The translations under genes were made by a program, and so were the position numbers. This document shows, piece by piece, positions 1-10,362 of a stretch of DNA of 64,000 nucleotides (positions are counted from its first letter, which is position 1; every line of letters begins with the position of its first letter). This stretch comes from a virus (taxonomy: Duplodnaviria > Caudoviricetes). The notes beneath the pieces are model-generated. The model searched no databases. It had not been told where the DNA came from and saw only the letters and a list, made by a program, of their open reading frames with translations. Where the stretch lies: positions 17,596 through 81,595 of the IMG/VR virus record IMGVR_UViG_3300033067_001382. One strand, 5' to 3'.

Positions 1-99
1 GTTACTAAGAAGTTGGCGGATTCGTTGTCGAACCCGCGCAGCCCCTTCCTGACGGACATCTTGAGGCAAGTCCGAAGCCTTACGAGAACGAATCCCCAT
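1..99 (-). CDS. Partial hypothetical protein (N-terminus MGIRSRKASDLPQDVRQEGAARVRQRIRQLLSN..., runs off the window)
   Basis: ATG at 99 overlaps the TGA of the upstream gene (TGATG coupling); 33 open codons to the window edge. Confidence 0.6.
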   Translation of the reverse strand, partial: MGIRSRKASDLPQDVRQEGAARVRQRIRQLLSN

Positions 100-3000
100 C
101 ACTCAGCTCGCCGAGAAAGAACGATGTTATCCGGATTAACCTCGTAGTTGAGGTTATCGTTGACCAGCGGATGTCCATCAAGGCGGTAAAGATCCGAAGC
201 CGCGTAACCTTCCTGAGTACCGTTCGAGCTGATCAATGTGAAGTTGTCAACCTGATTCTGTCCCGGACCAACTTGGTGAACGTTAGTGACCACCAGCATC
301 ATTAACTCGTCTCCGGCCGAAACCTCAGAAGCTCCAACATTAGCAACCGTGTTCCGGACAAGGTAAACCTTGCCTGTCAGCACGTTGGTGTGACTGTTAG
401 GGCCATAGACCTCACCGTAGGCCGAGTGGACTTCACCGCCCGGGTAGGTCCCTGAGCCGCAAAAGGCCGAGCCACCTCGATTGGTGCGATACTGGCTATT
501 GACCGCGTAGTTGGCAATAGCACCGTCCATATGAACGATGATGTCACCGGGGGCTCCGCTGGCCTGGCTAGCACCCGACAAAGCGACTTCCTTGTGCTCA
601 GCGCGCGACGTCGTCGCCAAACTGGGAACGAAAGAACCGAGGCCCTGCTCTTCGAGGAAGAGGAGCTGTGAACGGTTTCCGAGGCCGTTCGAAACGGGTT
701 GGAAACGACCCCCTCGGAAGTCCTTGTCTCGGAAAAAGGCCCCCAGTGGAAGACGTTCCGTGCAACCAAGGTACTGGGTGTTGACTTCGCCCTCTGTGGA
801 CGAAAGCGCTCCGACCGCTACGACCGGACGACTTGTGGTTGAACCGCCACTGATTGCCGTTGGCGGAAAGACCGTCGGTTGAGTCGTGTAGTCAAGTGCC
901 TCGTATCCGACATTTCGGAAATCAAGTGCTGTGTTGCTGACCAGATCTCCGGAGAGTCGACCGGTACCCAAGGTAGTCGAAAACGACAAGGATGCCAAGA
1001 CTTCAACTGCACGTTGGTTGACCCGAGTCAGATTCAGCTCGTCCAGAGGGTTCGAGACGACCGAGTACGCTTCCGCGCTGGTGATTGCGCCGCTCCGGTG
1101 ACCGAGGTCGACCGTCTGCGCGCCGAAGGCACTTCCCATGTAGGGTGTGCGGCTGTAGTTGATGACCGCCTGATCCGAACCCTGGAGAGGTGCAGGGATG
1201 ATGCAGGTCGGACCATCTACCTTGGCATCGACTCCTGCCGCTCCAAAGTTGTCCGCACGCGTCGCACTAGTGGCTCCTGTACCGGACAGACGCGAGCGGT
1301 TCAGCACGAGGCGGAATGGCTTGGACTGATCGAAGCTACCGCGGTCAAAGCCGAAGACGCTGGCTTCGATGACGTAGTGAGCCGAGGTGAACGAAGAAAT
1401 CGCGTTGGGGCTCTTAGACAGATCCAAAGCCGCCGCGTTGATAACGAAGGTCGAATCACCATCGACATCTTGTTCGATCCAGAAAGTCGCACCATCGAAC
1501 TGCGTCCGGAGCAGGTTGGTTGCTCCTGCACCCGAGGCAATACGATCTGACTGACCAAAGGCCGATCCGTTAGATACGTAGTCAGCCGCTTCGTAGACCG
1601 CAAAGAGGCGCGCGATTCCGTAGAAAGGAGGTAGCTCCAAGCCCGTGCGGCCACGACCATCATCAAAGAAGCGTGTACCGGCGTAACGGATACCGTTACC
1701 CGTCACGAACGTGTACTGAGTATTGAACACCGTTGCGGTCGACACCGTGTCAAGTTGACGCGTGGAGAATGCCGCGTAAGAGAATGAGTTGCCCGTGCTG
1801 TAACTGACGTACGTCGGGTTGTGAGACTGGGTTGTTGGCGACGCTCCCGACTTTGACATCAACAGGAAGTTGACGCCTCGACTAAAGTTGACTGCATCCA
1901 CCGGAAGAATAGGAACACGAACTTCACCCCAACCTGGAATCAGGTGACGTGGCAGAGTCACGTAGAGGTTCTTGGTGGCCGTCGCTGGATCGGTGGTGCC
2001 CGAAAAGAGTCCAAGGGGGTCGGTGGTTGTCCACTTGGACGTGACTCCGTCCGGCTTGAGCAGAGGCATCAAGCCCTGTGAGTGACGAACTTCATAGGTC
2101 GGGGTACCCGTGGGAACAGCGCGATCCAAAACTAGTTGCGTGATATCTCCAAGCGGAGCTACCTCAACAACCGTGAAGGTGCCCGTGATAGGTGCGTTGA
2201 AGGTGACTGCATCACCCTCAACCACTCCTACCAGAGTGAAATTCTGCAACAGATCTGTAATGGTCGTAGAGCCCGTCGTGGTGGCTGTACCTGAAGCAAA
2301 CGCTGCCCCAGAGCGAGGGTTAGCAACCGTGCCATCCTGAACGATCAGCTTCTGTGGGAAACCAACACGGCGGAAGGGAGTCAACGCGATAGTTTTGCTG
2401 CCAAGATCCGCAAAACTTTCCGCCGTCACTGGGAGGTGCGTTTTGTAAGTAGCACTCCGGTACTTGCTCCAAAGCGGAGCCCACGCAGTGCGAAGAGGCG
2501 TGTTCTGGGTGGGAGTGAATGGGGTCGCCGACGGCTGGAGCAGTAGTTCGTTGCTGGTGTTGGTCAGCAACGCAATGCTGTGAATTGAGTCTGGTCGACG
2601 CGAGAGTCCACGTCCACCGCCGTACTGGATATTCAGTGTTATATAGACGTTACGCTGGTCAACCTGAGGAAATCCGGATAACAGCGTAATGGTTAAATCA
2701 TCCGTCGGCAAGGGGTTCGTGGGGGTCACCGTAAACAGTGATGAATCCACCGGAACCTCTTCACCATCGAGGCGAAGCGTCACCGCATTGACGATACCGT
2801 TGTTAATAAAGCGAACCTGGTCACCATCGCCTGCACCGACCGAGTTCTTGAACTGGGCCACGGGGATGATGATGTTGTCACCAGCATTGAACTGATTGGC
2901 ACTCCCTTGCGCGGTCGTATTGGCCGTGATGGAAAGAGAGAATGAAGTGTCCGGAGTTCCGTTCAGCGGTTGAGAACCAACCAAAACAGCCGAAGTGAAC

Positions 3001-4478
3001 GGCCGAACGATGACTTCAACTTTCTGCTGGACCGCAGCATCGCTCCAGACCATGCGGATGTTATCCGGGCCGTCCAGCTTCGTGATCTCCGGGCTGGTCA
3101 CCGAGCCAGCGATCTTGTCTTGATATGCCAGGAAAGGACCCTTGGTGCTGGTGCTTGCGCCCCGCTTCCAGGTACTCCGGAGCTTACCGGAGAGGAGTTT
3201 ATCGACGTTGTTCCTAAGCAGCGTCTCGTAGTCGAACCCATTGGGGTTGACAACGTGCCGGGCATCAAGGATGTCATTCGCAGCGATCTGATCCGCAAAC
3301 AGGCCATCGGGTCGACCTGCAAGAATAACAACTGACTCACCAGCCTTGTGGGTTTGCTGGGTCGTGCCATGAGCACCACGAACCAGACCAGAGATATTGC
3401 CACCAGTGATGGCCGTGTAGGTTACAATCTCATCGCCAATTTGAACCGTACCTCCCGTCGTGGGCAACGGGATATCAACCGTGCTAGAAAGTGCCGCTGT
3501 CGTCGCCGATGCAGTGAGATCAGCAAGTAGTGTTGGGACCGTCAGGAACGCTTTGGCGCTCGCACGACTCGTCACGGTTAGCTCACGACGATTGAATGAC
3601 CCATTCAGGTTCGGGGAAGGTTCGCCATTCCACGCTGTCGAATTGCGACGAAAAACGTGGCAGATCGGGATGGCATACGAGTAACCATCCACAGTGTTAA
3701 GGGTGTTCGCCGTTCCGTCACCTGCGCGCCATAATCCCGGATCACCGAGGTTCGTACGCATATTGACAAAGCTAAAGGTCGTTGCTGTCTCGCTATTGAG
3801 GTAGTCGTAGGCTCCTTTGGCCTTGACCGACGTCGAGCTAAATCCATCCGCGGCTGTCAGACCAACGACTCGGATTCGGTACTGGACCTGAATCCGCTGA
3901 GTGGTCTCGAATCCCATGTCAGGATCTTGAGTGTCATCATTAAGGTACGAATACCCACCCTCGATGTTGCCATAGCGGTAAACCGCCGACGTGCTCGGCT
4001 TGTTGGTCTGCGCGTTCGGGGCGACTCGGGCGATCCAGACTTCCAGGAAGACGAAGTCGACCCGGCTGTCACCAGACGTCGAAGGAGGCGGATCCAGAAA
4101 AATCTTGTTCCACGTGTCGCTGTTGTTGGCCCCTCCTGGAGGAGTTCCAGTGCGAGTTCCGGTAACCGGGACCATCCAACCATTGACCACAGCCCACTGA
4201 ATCGAACGCAGCTCATTGGCGCGCTGACGGCCGAACTGGAAGAAGTTCGACCACATGGGGTTGGTGAGATAGTCCTCACCAGGGTTGGTCTCATTACCAA
4301 GCCAGCCAGAGGGCGTATTCCGAAGGAGAAGCTGCTGACGCCAGTCATTCTCCAGAGCCTGGATAAGGTTGAACTCGCTATCGAGCGGTGGCTTGCCTTC
4401 TTGCCAGATGACCTGAAGGAAGCTCGCCTGCTTCGGGTCCAGAACCCTCGAAACTCCATTGCCGAGATTGTCCGCCAT
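99..4478 (-). CDS. Large virion structural protein, probable tail fibre/baseplate-associated (1459 aa); paralog of 10362..12896
   Basis: Long Thr/Ser/Gly-rich beta-type ORF. N-terminal ~400 aa share GKPxLDxExNL, PSGWL, LEVW, QYRxRV, DPGLW, TVDxxxYAxP, VFRRN and RPD motifs with the 844-aa protein. Carries a phage tail module (TVQIGDEIVTYT...RGAHGT...H..GESV). Confidence 0.7.
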   Translation of the reverse strand: MADNLGNGVSRVLDPKQASFLQVIWQEGKPPLDSEFNLIQALENDWRQQLLLRNTPSGWLGNETNPGEDYLTNPMWSNFFQFGRQRANELRSIQWAVVNGWMVPVTGTRTGTPPGGANNSDTWNKIFLDPPPSTSGDSRVDFVFLEVWIARVAPNAQTNKPSTSAVYRYGNIEGGYSYLNDDTQDPDMGFETTQRIQVQYRIRVVGLTAADGFSSTSVKAKGAYDYLNSETATTFSFVNMRTNLGDPGLWRAGDGTANTLNTVDGYSYAIPICHVFRRNSTAWNGEPSPNLNGSFNRRELTVTSRASAKAFLTVPTLLADLTASATTAALSSTVDIPLPTTGGTVQIGDEIVTYTAITGGNISGLVRGAHGTTQQTHKAGESVVILAGRPDGLFADQIAANDILDARHVVNPNGFDYETLLRNNVDKLLSGKLRSTWKRGASTSTKGPFLAYQDKIAGSVTSPEITKLDGPDNIRMVWSDAAVQQKVEVIVRPFTSAVLVGSQPLNGTPDTSFSLSITANTTAQGSANQFNAGDNIIIPVAQFKNSVGAGDGDQVRFINNGIVNAVTLRLDGEEVPVDSSLFTVTPTNPLPTDDLTITLLSGFPQVDQRNVYITLNIQYGGGRGLSRRPDSIHSIALLTNTSNELLLQPSATPFTPTQNTPLRTAWAPLWSKYRSATYKTHLPVTAESFADLGSKTIALTPFRRVGFPQKLIVQDGTVANPRSGAAFASGTATTTGSTTITDLLQNFTLVGVVEGDAVTFNAPITGTFTVVEVAPLGDITQLVLDRAVPTGTPTYEVRHSQGLMPLLKPDGVTSKWTTTDPLGLFSGTTDPATATKNLYVTLPRHLIPGWGEVRVPILPVDAVNFSRGVNFLLMSKSGASPTTQSHNPTYVSYSTGNSFSYAAFSTRQLDTVSTATVFNTQYTFVTGNGIRYAGTRFFDDGRGRTGLELPPFYGIARLFAVYEAADYVSNGSAFGQSDRIASGAGATNLLRTQFDGATFWIEQDVDGDSTFVINAAALDLSKSPNAISSFTSAHYVIEASVFGFDRGSFDQSKPFRLVLNRSRLSGTGATSATRADNFGAAGVDAKVDGPTCIIPAPLQGSDQAVINYSRTPYMGSAFGAQTVDLGHRSGAITSAEAYSVVSNPLDELNLTRVNQRAVEVLASLSFSTTLGTGRLSGDLVSNTALDFRNVGYEALDYTTQPTVFPPTAISGGSTTSRPVVAVGALSSTEGEVNTQYLGCTERLPLGAFFRDKDFRGGRFQPVSNGLGNRSQLLFLEEQGLGSFVPSLATTSRAEHKEVALSGASQASGAPGDIIVHMDGAIANYAVNSQYRTNRGGSAFCGSGTYPGGEVHSAYGEVYGPNSHTNVLTGKVYLVRNTVANVGASEVSAGDELMMLVVTNVHQVGPGQNQVDNFTLISSNGTQEGYAASDLYRLDGHPLVNDNLNYEVNPDNIVLSRRAE

Positions 4479-4510
4479 TACTTTACATCCTCTACGAAGG
4501 GTTCAACTCA

Positions 4511-5128
4511 TCAATAAACCACCGACCAGCCACCCAAGAAAAGGCGGCGACCAGGGCTTGTGATATTGGTGAACTTCAAGATCATCTGGTTGCCCTGGTT
4601 GGCTCCGGGGACACTCAAGAGAGAATCCTCTGTCACCGTCAGGAACGAAGCTCCATTGTCGAAGCTAACTTGACAGGTAATGTCAAGAGGGGTAATAGGA
4701 ATTTCCTTGTATGTCCGGTCGAATCGACCCGTGGCTGGATCTGTGTCCACAACTTCAAAAACTTCAAAGTTCACAATAGCCTGAGTGGCGGTCGTGGCCA
4801 ACGGAGTCATGTTGGTCTGCAAAACCCCATTCGGAAAGAGCGAGAGAGAACCTCTCTTACCCAAGCTACATCCTGAAGTGGCCCCGGCATTAATACCGGT
4901 AGCATCCAAGAGGTCATCGAATTCCTGGTTGGCGAATCCACCGTGATTCGCGAAAATCGCATCGTACTTCTGAGTGAGAAGAGTCGCGAGCGTAGTAGGG
5001 TTCTGTACCGAGACTCCTTGGGGTACCCGAACGACATAAGTCCCCACCATAGGAACTTGCCCGTTGGGTGGGGTTTCGACACCGTTGATATTGTCGTCAA
5101 AGAGGTCAATCATGTAGTAAGTTGACAT
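4511..5128 (-). CDS. Hypothetical structural protein (205 aa), beta-rich
   Basis: ORF with GAGG RBS, co-oriented in the fibre cluster; no family recognised. Confidence 0.6.
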   Translation of the reverse strand: MSTYYMIDLFDDNINGVETPPNGQVPMVGTYVVRVPQGVSVQNPTTLATLLTQKYDAIFANHGGFANQEFDDLLDATGINAGATSGCSLGKRGSLSLFPNGVLQTNMTPLATTATQAIVNFEVFEVVDTDPATGRFDRTYKEIPITPLDITCQVSFDNGASFLTVTEDSLLSVPGANQGNQMILKFTNITSPGRRLFLGGWSVVY

Positions 5129-5140
5129 GTCAATATCCTC

Positions 5141-8140
5141 TCAGACTAACCACCAGCTAGTACCGTCTGCTAGCATGGTAACAGACCCATACGGAGAAGA
5201 GATATCAAAACTTGCTAGGGGAACTCCATCTACGGGAACTCCGAAACCCGTCCAGAGGGTGATAGGGTAAATATCCGCATTACCCGAAATATCCTTGACC
5301 GTGACTTTCCGACCTGACTTTGGTTCAGGCATATAGACTTGAACAGTCCCGGTGTGTTCCACGAATGCTGTTCGGACATCCGGCTCGAAATAAATTTCGG
5401 TCCCATTACCGACAGTAGAGTAGGTTCGGAAAGATTCCCCAGCCGTAACCTTACCAGGAACCATTTCCCTGGAGTAATGCGGAAGAAGAGTCCAGGTAGC
5501 ACCGCTAATCGGATTAGTGACATCCAACTCATCGAGTCCGCCTCCAAGCGCAGCAACAGTGAGCTGAGTTTCGCTGTCAACCGATTGAACCAGTCGAACG
5601 TATTGAAGGTCGGTACCTCCAACATCCCGAAGGATTAGTCGATCTCCGACACCTATTTGAGGGACTCCTGTTTGAAGAAGAGACCCCGCATCCACTGTGA
5701 TAATGTTGGAGTTCATCGGTACGGAAGCAGCAGTTCCGGTTCGAAGAGGACCCTCTACACCAAGAGTGTCAGATCCATTTGCAGTTAGAACTTGCAATTC
5801 CTCGTTCTTGAGTCGAAGAAGATTGCCACGACCACCAGAAACTTTATCCCAAACCTGAGTGACTTGATTCCATTTCAGGTTTTGCCCGACTTCCCAATAG
5901 CTCCCACTAAGAGGGAAATCCTGACTAGCATACATCTGAGTCCCACTGAAAACCTCGGCGTCATAGATGCCGAGAGTAGGGATCCGCTTAATGCCCGCAA
6001 AGGTTCCTGTTTCAACCTGGATCAAGATGCGAGACTGAGTCTCCACGGGATTCTTCATCCCCCCGCCAAGATCAATCGTTCCCGTGCTGAAAGTCGGCTG
6101 AGGAAGAGTTCCGTCCGGATCTTCCTTGCCGTCCGCACGTTCGAGGAGAAGCGATGGCTTGGTCCCAAAACCCGTGGGACCAGCGGAGAGAACAGGGTTC
6201 TCGTTGGTATAACCCAAGTTCGAACCGGATGTCGGTAAGAAGCGCTGACGGAAAGAAGTACTACGATCAACCTGGTAGGTCGGCTTAAGGAAGCCTGCTA
6301 CTGCGGTGACTTGAATCCTATCTATGTAGAACTTTGTTCCAGTAGTGCTATACTGGCTGGAAGCGGAGATCCTAACCGAGATTAGCTTAATCGCATCCGG
6401 CGGCGAGTTGATTACATTAGAGTAATCAACTCGACCCGCATTGGTACCATTGAGTGAGATGACCGAGATAGTGTCCGTGTTGGTCGACCCATCAAAATGC
6501 AACCAAGTAAGGTTGACTTGTAGGGTTCCGATTGTAGCAGCGGAGATTCTTTGATATGTCAGGTTGACCCGGAACTCTTGATTGCCCGAAACGGTCGCCC
6601 ATAGGTACTGAATGATTCCAACCGTGTTTAAGGACGTATTTGGGGCAACGTAAGATAGCCGGGAGGTTCCAAATCCGCTGGTGCGATCAATTCGCAAAGA
6701 GTTATCAGGAGTACCGGAAATCGCCCGCCAAGCCGCGGACGCGTCGATGTCCTGTGTCTCCGGATAGGTGAGCACCGACTCAAAATGAGGATCCTCTAGT
6801 AGCTGGACCGGAGGATTGTTGATAATCTCTAGCAGGTCTCGAAGGTGTGTCCGAACATCAGTACCGGGCAAAGATGTTGGTTGGCTGTCAATTGGAGCCA
6901 TTGTGATGGTCCAACTCTGAGTTCCAGTGTTGTAAAACACTCGACCTGACTCGAACGAAACTTGATTGTCAGTGTCCGAAGTCTGAATCGACCAAAGCTG
7001 TTGGGCGGCACCCTTGACGAGGGTGGTATCGAAAGCCCAGAAGACCGCATAGAGGTTGAGTCGTCCACCGGAGGCAACGCCTTGATTGCCCGTCGAAGGC
7101 TTGAACGCATCACCGGCGCGAGGAGCAACCGAGAGACGAACCACACCAGCCTTGTAATCAATGGTGTAACGTTGGTCATTACCTGAGGCGATTGTACTAT
7201 CGATAGCCGGAGTGAACGATGTGATTGGCTTTGTGAGATCCGCCGCACCTGATCCGTTGTCCGGATACAGAATAACCCGATAGCCGAGCTTGCTTCCAGC
7301 TTTACCCACGCCGGGGAATACCGCATCAGCTCGATTGACGTCGAGTGGAGTCAGGTCACCCGCATCAGGATCAGGACCGAACTCAGGTGGGACAATTCCC
7401 TGTACCCGAGCGCTGCTGATTTGCGCGGCCGTGGGGCTGACAACCGTATGAATCGTTGAGGTGGGGTCTGCAAAGAAGAACGATTGCTCACGACCGGCCG
7501 GACCTGAGAACGGGATTGCGGCGAGACGGGCGGCCCCGGGTCGCAAGATCACCCACCAATACTGGTCACTGGAAACTTCTAGTTGTGTGACCGTGGTGTT
7601 GGTTGGGTTATTGATCGCCAACAAATTCAGTGTGTCACCACCGGTCACCGAGTTAATGACCGCGGAAGCCCACTTGTTCTTACTGATACCTATGCTAGAA
7701 GGAGTCTGCCCGGTAATCATAAGGATGTCGCCACTGACGACTCCCGCAAGACTTGCTCCAGCCCCAACCTGGAATTGAGTAAGACCGATTGCCGACCCTT
7801 CAACGCTGGAGTTGGGAATGGTACCATCAACCAACAAGGTAGGGCCGTACCAACGAACCGTTTCCGAATTGTTAGGGTAAACTGCCGTCAGGTACCCTAG
7901 TCCGGTACCGGGAGTCTTAGGCGGCGTTCTGAGTTGGACATCATCCATCGTCATCGTCGGAGCCGTTGAGTACGGCTCCGTCAAGATGTTTCCGATGCCC
8001 GTGAAGGTCTCCCCGGCAGAGCCCGAGTCACCACGCGTTAGCGCACGACCGCCTGCGAAGAAGTCCGCCTTGCGAAGCTGTTCCAACTCCAACCGTGTAA
8101 GGTTGGAGATAGTTCCTGTGCTAACGAATGATCCTGACAT
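5141..8140 (-). CDS. Probable tail fibre / receptor-binding protein (999 aa)
   Basis: YTIDYKAGVVRL baseplate-type motif; carbohydrate-binding-like jelly-roll segment (LLEDPHFES...W...); C-terminal VKDISGNA..ITL...YGSVTMLADGTSWWLV module typical of phage fibre ends. Confidence 0.6.
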   Translation of the reverse strand: MSGSFVSTGTISNLTRLELEQLRKADFFAGGRALTRGDSGSAGETFTGIGNILTEPYSTAPTMTMDDVQLRTPPKTPGTGLGYLTAVYPNNSETVRWYGPTLLVDGTIPNSSVEGSAIGLTQFQVGAGASLAGVVSGDILMITGQTPSSIGISKNKWASAVINSVTGGDTLNLLAINNPTNTTVTQLEVSSDQYWWVILRPGAARLAAIPFSGPAGREQSFFFADPTSTIHTVVSPTAAQISSARVQGIVPPEFGPDPDAGDLTPLDVNRADAVFPGVGKAGSKLGYRVILYPDNGSGAADLTKPITSFTPAIDSTIASGNDQRYTIDYKAGVVRLSVAPRAGDAFKPSTGNQGVASGGRLNLYAVFWAFDTTLVKGAAQQLWSIQTSDTDNQVSFESGRVFYNTGTQSWTITMAPIDSQPTSLPGTDVRTHLRDLLEIINNPPVQLLEDPHFESVLTYPETQDIDASAAWRAISGTPDNSLRIDRTSGFGTSRLSYVAPNTSLNTVGIIQYLWATVSGNQEFRVNLTYQRISAATIGTLQVNLTWLHFDGSTNTDTISVISLNGTNAGRVDYSNVINSPPDAIKLISVRISASSQYSTTGTKFYIDRIQVTAVAGFLKPTYQVDRSTSFRQRFLPTSGSNLGYTNENPVLSAGPTGFGTKPSLLLERADGKEDPDGTLPQPTFSTGTIDLGGGMKNPVETQSRILIQVETGTFAGIKRIPTLGIYDAEVFSGTQMYASQDFPLSGSYWEVGQNLKWNQVTQVWDKVSGGRGNLLRLKNEELQVLTANGSDTLGVEGPLRTGTAASVPMNSNIITVDAGSLLQTGVPQIGVGDRLILRDVGGTDLQYVRLVQSVDSETQLTVAALGGGLDELDVTNPISGATWTLLPHYSREMVPGKVTAGESFRTYSTVGNGTEIYFEPDVRTAFVEHTGTVQVYMPEPKSGRKVTVKDISGNADIYPITLWTGFGVPVDGVPLASFDISSPYGSVTMLADGTSWWLV

Positions 8141-8187
8141 TCTACATCAATCCCTTGCCAAAGGAAGTGAAAAAGGAGTTTCTCGAC

Positions 8188-10362
8188 TCAAGTTACCGAC
8201 CAGCGCATTGAATTGAGTGATAGGGCGTTACCCGTAACCGTATTCAAGAAGGTGATTCGGACAAAGAGGGGGATATCTCCGCCTGCGGTTCCAGTCGTTC
8301 CTGGGGAAGGAAGTGTGTAAGGAAGAACCAACTCACCAGTCACACCATCCGTCACTGGAGACGCCACTGCCAAAGCACCGTTGCCTGTACCGAATGGGCG
8401 CCCCATGTCTTGCCAGGTCGCTCCGTTGGTGGCTGCTCGAATTTCAATAGCAGCACCCCCAGGATGGTCGGTGAAGAAGTTTCCAGTAGTAGTATCAACC
8501 GCATCAAATGAAGTAAATGCCAGTCCCGTGATTCTTAATGTGCCGCTCTGACCTCCGTTCGTTTGGAACGCTCGGACGTAGTGGCGCATAGTAACACCAA
8601 TTGTATCCCCCAATGTCGAGTAGTTTCGACCCGCCGACTGGATCGGACGGATTGCCGAAGCCAGGAAGTTGTCTTTCGGATACACGAGCTTGCCGCCCAT
8701 GACCTGGAGGTCTCCCGCATTGGCCACGGGGGCGCCGAGAGCTACCGTGCTATCATAATCACCTGCCCCACCACCGTTTAGGGATGGATCAATACGCGCT
8801 GTTGCGCTGGGGAGCGAGAAGCCGTAGAGATAGCGGTAAGTCTCATCACAGAAAGACTCGAACTGGTTTGTCGAGGGGCTATCAGTCGGGGTTGAGCCAG
8901 TCCAAGCCGCCAAGCCGGAGGGCATGTAGAGATACTGCGTCGAGTCAATAACCGTACTTGACTGACTGAAGGGGGCATTCCACGTGATCTGAACACGGTG
9001 GTTGGGATTACGGGGGTCCGGGATACCCAAGGCCGGGCCAGGATGCGTCGCGTGCCGAAACTTGGCAACCGTTGCAATCAGAGGTGGGTTAGCGATAAGG
9101 CTGAACGCCACATCGCTCGTATCCGTGATCCGAGCAGGTGAGCCATCAAAGAGGGGGTATGAGACCGAACTACCACCAAAAAAAGTGGTGTTGACAACAA
9201 CCGGAGCCACCGAGCTTGTGAAGCCAGAGGGGACCGAGACCGACGCAACTGTGTTGGTGACGAACGAGTTCTTGAAGAGGTTCGTCGCCGTTGCAGTGAT
9301 ATCGAAAGTCAGACCGGAACTGTAATAGGTAATTCCAGACAGGATTGTGGTTGACGGGGTCCCGGCGGGAGACGAGGTGAAGGTCCCGCCCGTAGGTCCC
9401 GTTCCGGAGTCAGAATCAACATAGACGTTGAGGCGACGTACGTTGTCATAGAAGGTACCATCCGCCGCAGAAGCGGAGTACATGTTGCCTGACACCAAAC
9501 CCGCCGCTAGGGCCGCTGGTTGAATGGCCGTCAGCGAAGTTGCGTAAGTTTCCTTCCAGTGTACCAACTGATAGCTATCGTTGATACCCGCCGAAAGAGG
9601 CAACTGATAACTGTACTTGGCGAGCTGGTAAGCCGAGAAGTTCGAAGGGAATGGGGTATACTCCCCCCCACCGTAAGTAGACTGATAGGGGAGACGAGCT
9701 GTCAGAGCAAAAAGGTCAAGACCACCACCAATTGGATGGTTCGCCTGACCTGTTGCCCGAGTGGCTTCCACGAAAGCCGCATCAGGAATACCGACCGGAG
9801 AGGGGCTTGAACCTAACCATAGCGCAGCCACCAGGGTGGTCTGACTGGCATTGGTGAAATCCGGATTGGTAGAACTGGTAGTACGGTAGAGCGCCAGGAC
9901 ACCACGGTCTGCCGGGTAGAGAACACCGTTGACGTTCTGAGTCGTTGCTGCACTCAAGAGGTTCTTAGTGGGGATTGCTTGAACATTCGTGAATCCACCC
10001 TTGGTAGCTGAGTCGAGATTCGCACCCCAAACCGGGATACCAGAGTTGGCCACCGCATTGTTGAAGCCCAGTCGGTCAGGCTTAACCGGAAGCAAGTCCT
10101 TAAGACTCGTCAGTGCATCAAGTACCGACTCACCGTCGTAGGGACCACCAGCCGAAGCCAAGAGTGGATCGCCCGTGACAGGGTGAACCGGAGGAATTCC
10201 AACGGCACCAGCCATGTGAGCATCTACTGGATCCGCAATATGGTTCTGAATATCGCCACCTCCCGTGAGGGGGAAGGTGAGCGCAGAGGAATCAACCGAA
10301 TTCGCCGGAATGCGACCAGGCCCGACGTTTACAGATGTGATTGGATTCTTAGGTGACGGCAT
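8188..10362 (-). CDS. Virion structural protein (724 aa)
   Basis: HIADPVDAHMA motif of the HxxDxxxAH type seen in phage tail/baseplate proteins; Ser/Thr/Gly-rich; start overlaps upstream stop. Confidence 0.6.
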   Translation of the reverse strand: MPSPKNPITSVNVGPGRIPANSVDSSALTFPLTGGGDIQNHIADPVDAHMAGAVGIPPVHPVTGDPLLASAGGPYDGESVLDALTSLKDLLPVKPDRLGFNNAVANSGIPVWGANLDSATKGGFTNVQAIPTKNLLSAATTQNVNGVLYPADRGVLALYRTTSSTNPDFTNASQTTLVAALWLGSSPSPVGIPDAAFVEATRATGQANHPIGGGLDLFALTARLPYQSTYGGGEYTPFPSNFSAYQLAKYSYQLPLSAGINDSYQLVHWKETYATSLTAIQPAALAAGLVSGNMYSASAADGTFYDNVRRLNVYVDSDSGTGPTGGTFTSSPAGTPSTTILSGITYYSSGLTFDITATATNLFKNSFVTNTVASVSVPSGFTSSVAPVVVNTTFFGGSSVSYPLFDGSPARITDTSDVAFSLIANPPLIATVAKFRHATHPGPALGIPDPRNPNHRVQITWNAPFSQSSTVIDSTQYLYMPSGLAAWTGSTPTDSPSTNQFESFCDETYRYLYGFSLPSATARIDPSLNGGGAGDYDSTVALGAPVANAGDLQVMGGKLVYPKDNFLASAIRPIQSAGRNYSTLGDTIGVTMRHYVRAFQTNGGQSGTLRITGLAFTSFDAVDTTTGNFFTDHPGGAAIEIRAATNGATWQDMGRPFGTGNGALAVASPVTDGVTGELVLPYTLPSPGTTGTAGGDIPLFVRITFLNTVTGNALSLNSMRWSVT

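Noticed and set aside
8141-8187. Terminator between the 724-aa and 999-aa genes
   Set aside because: Only a weak 5-6 bp stem, with the T tract on the wrong side
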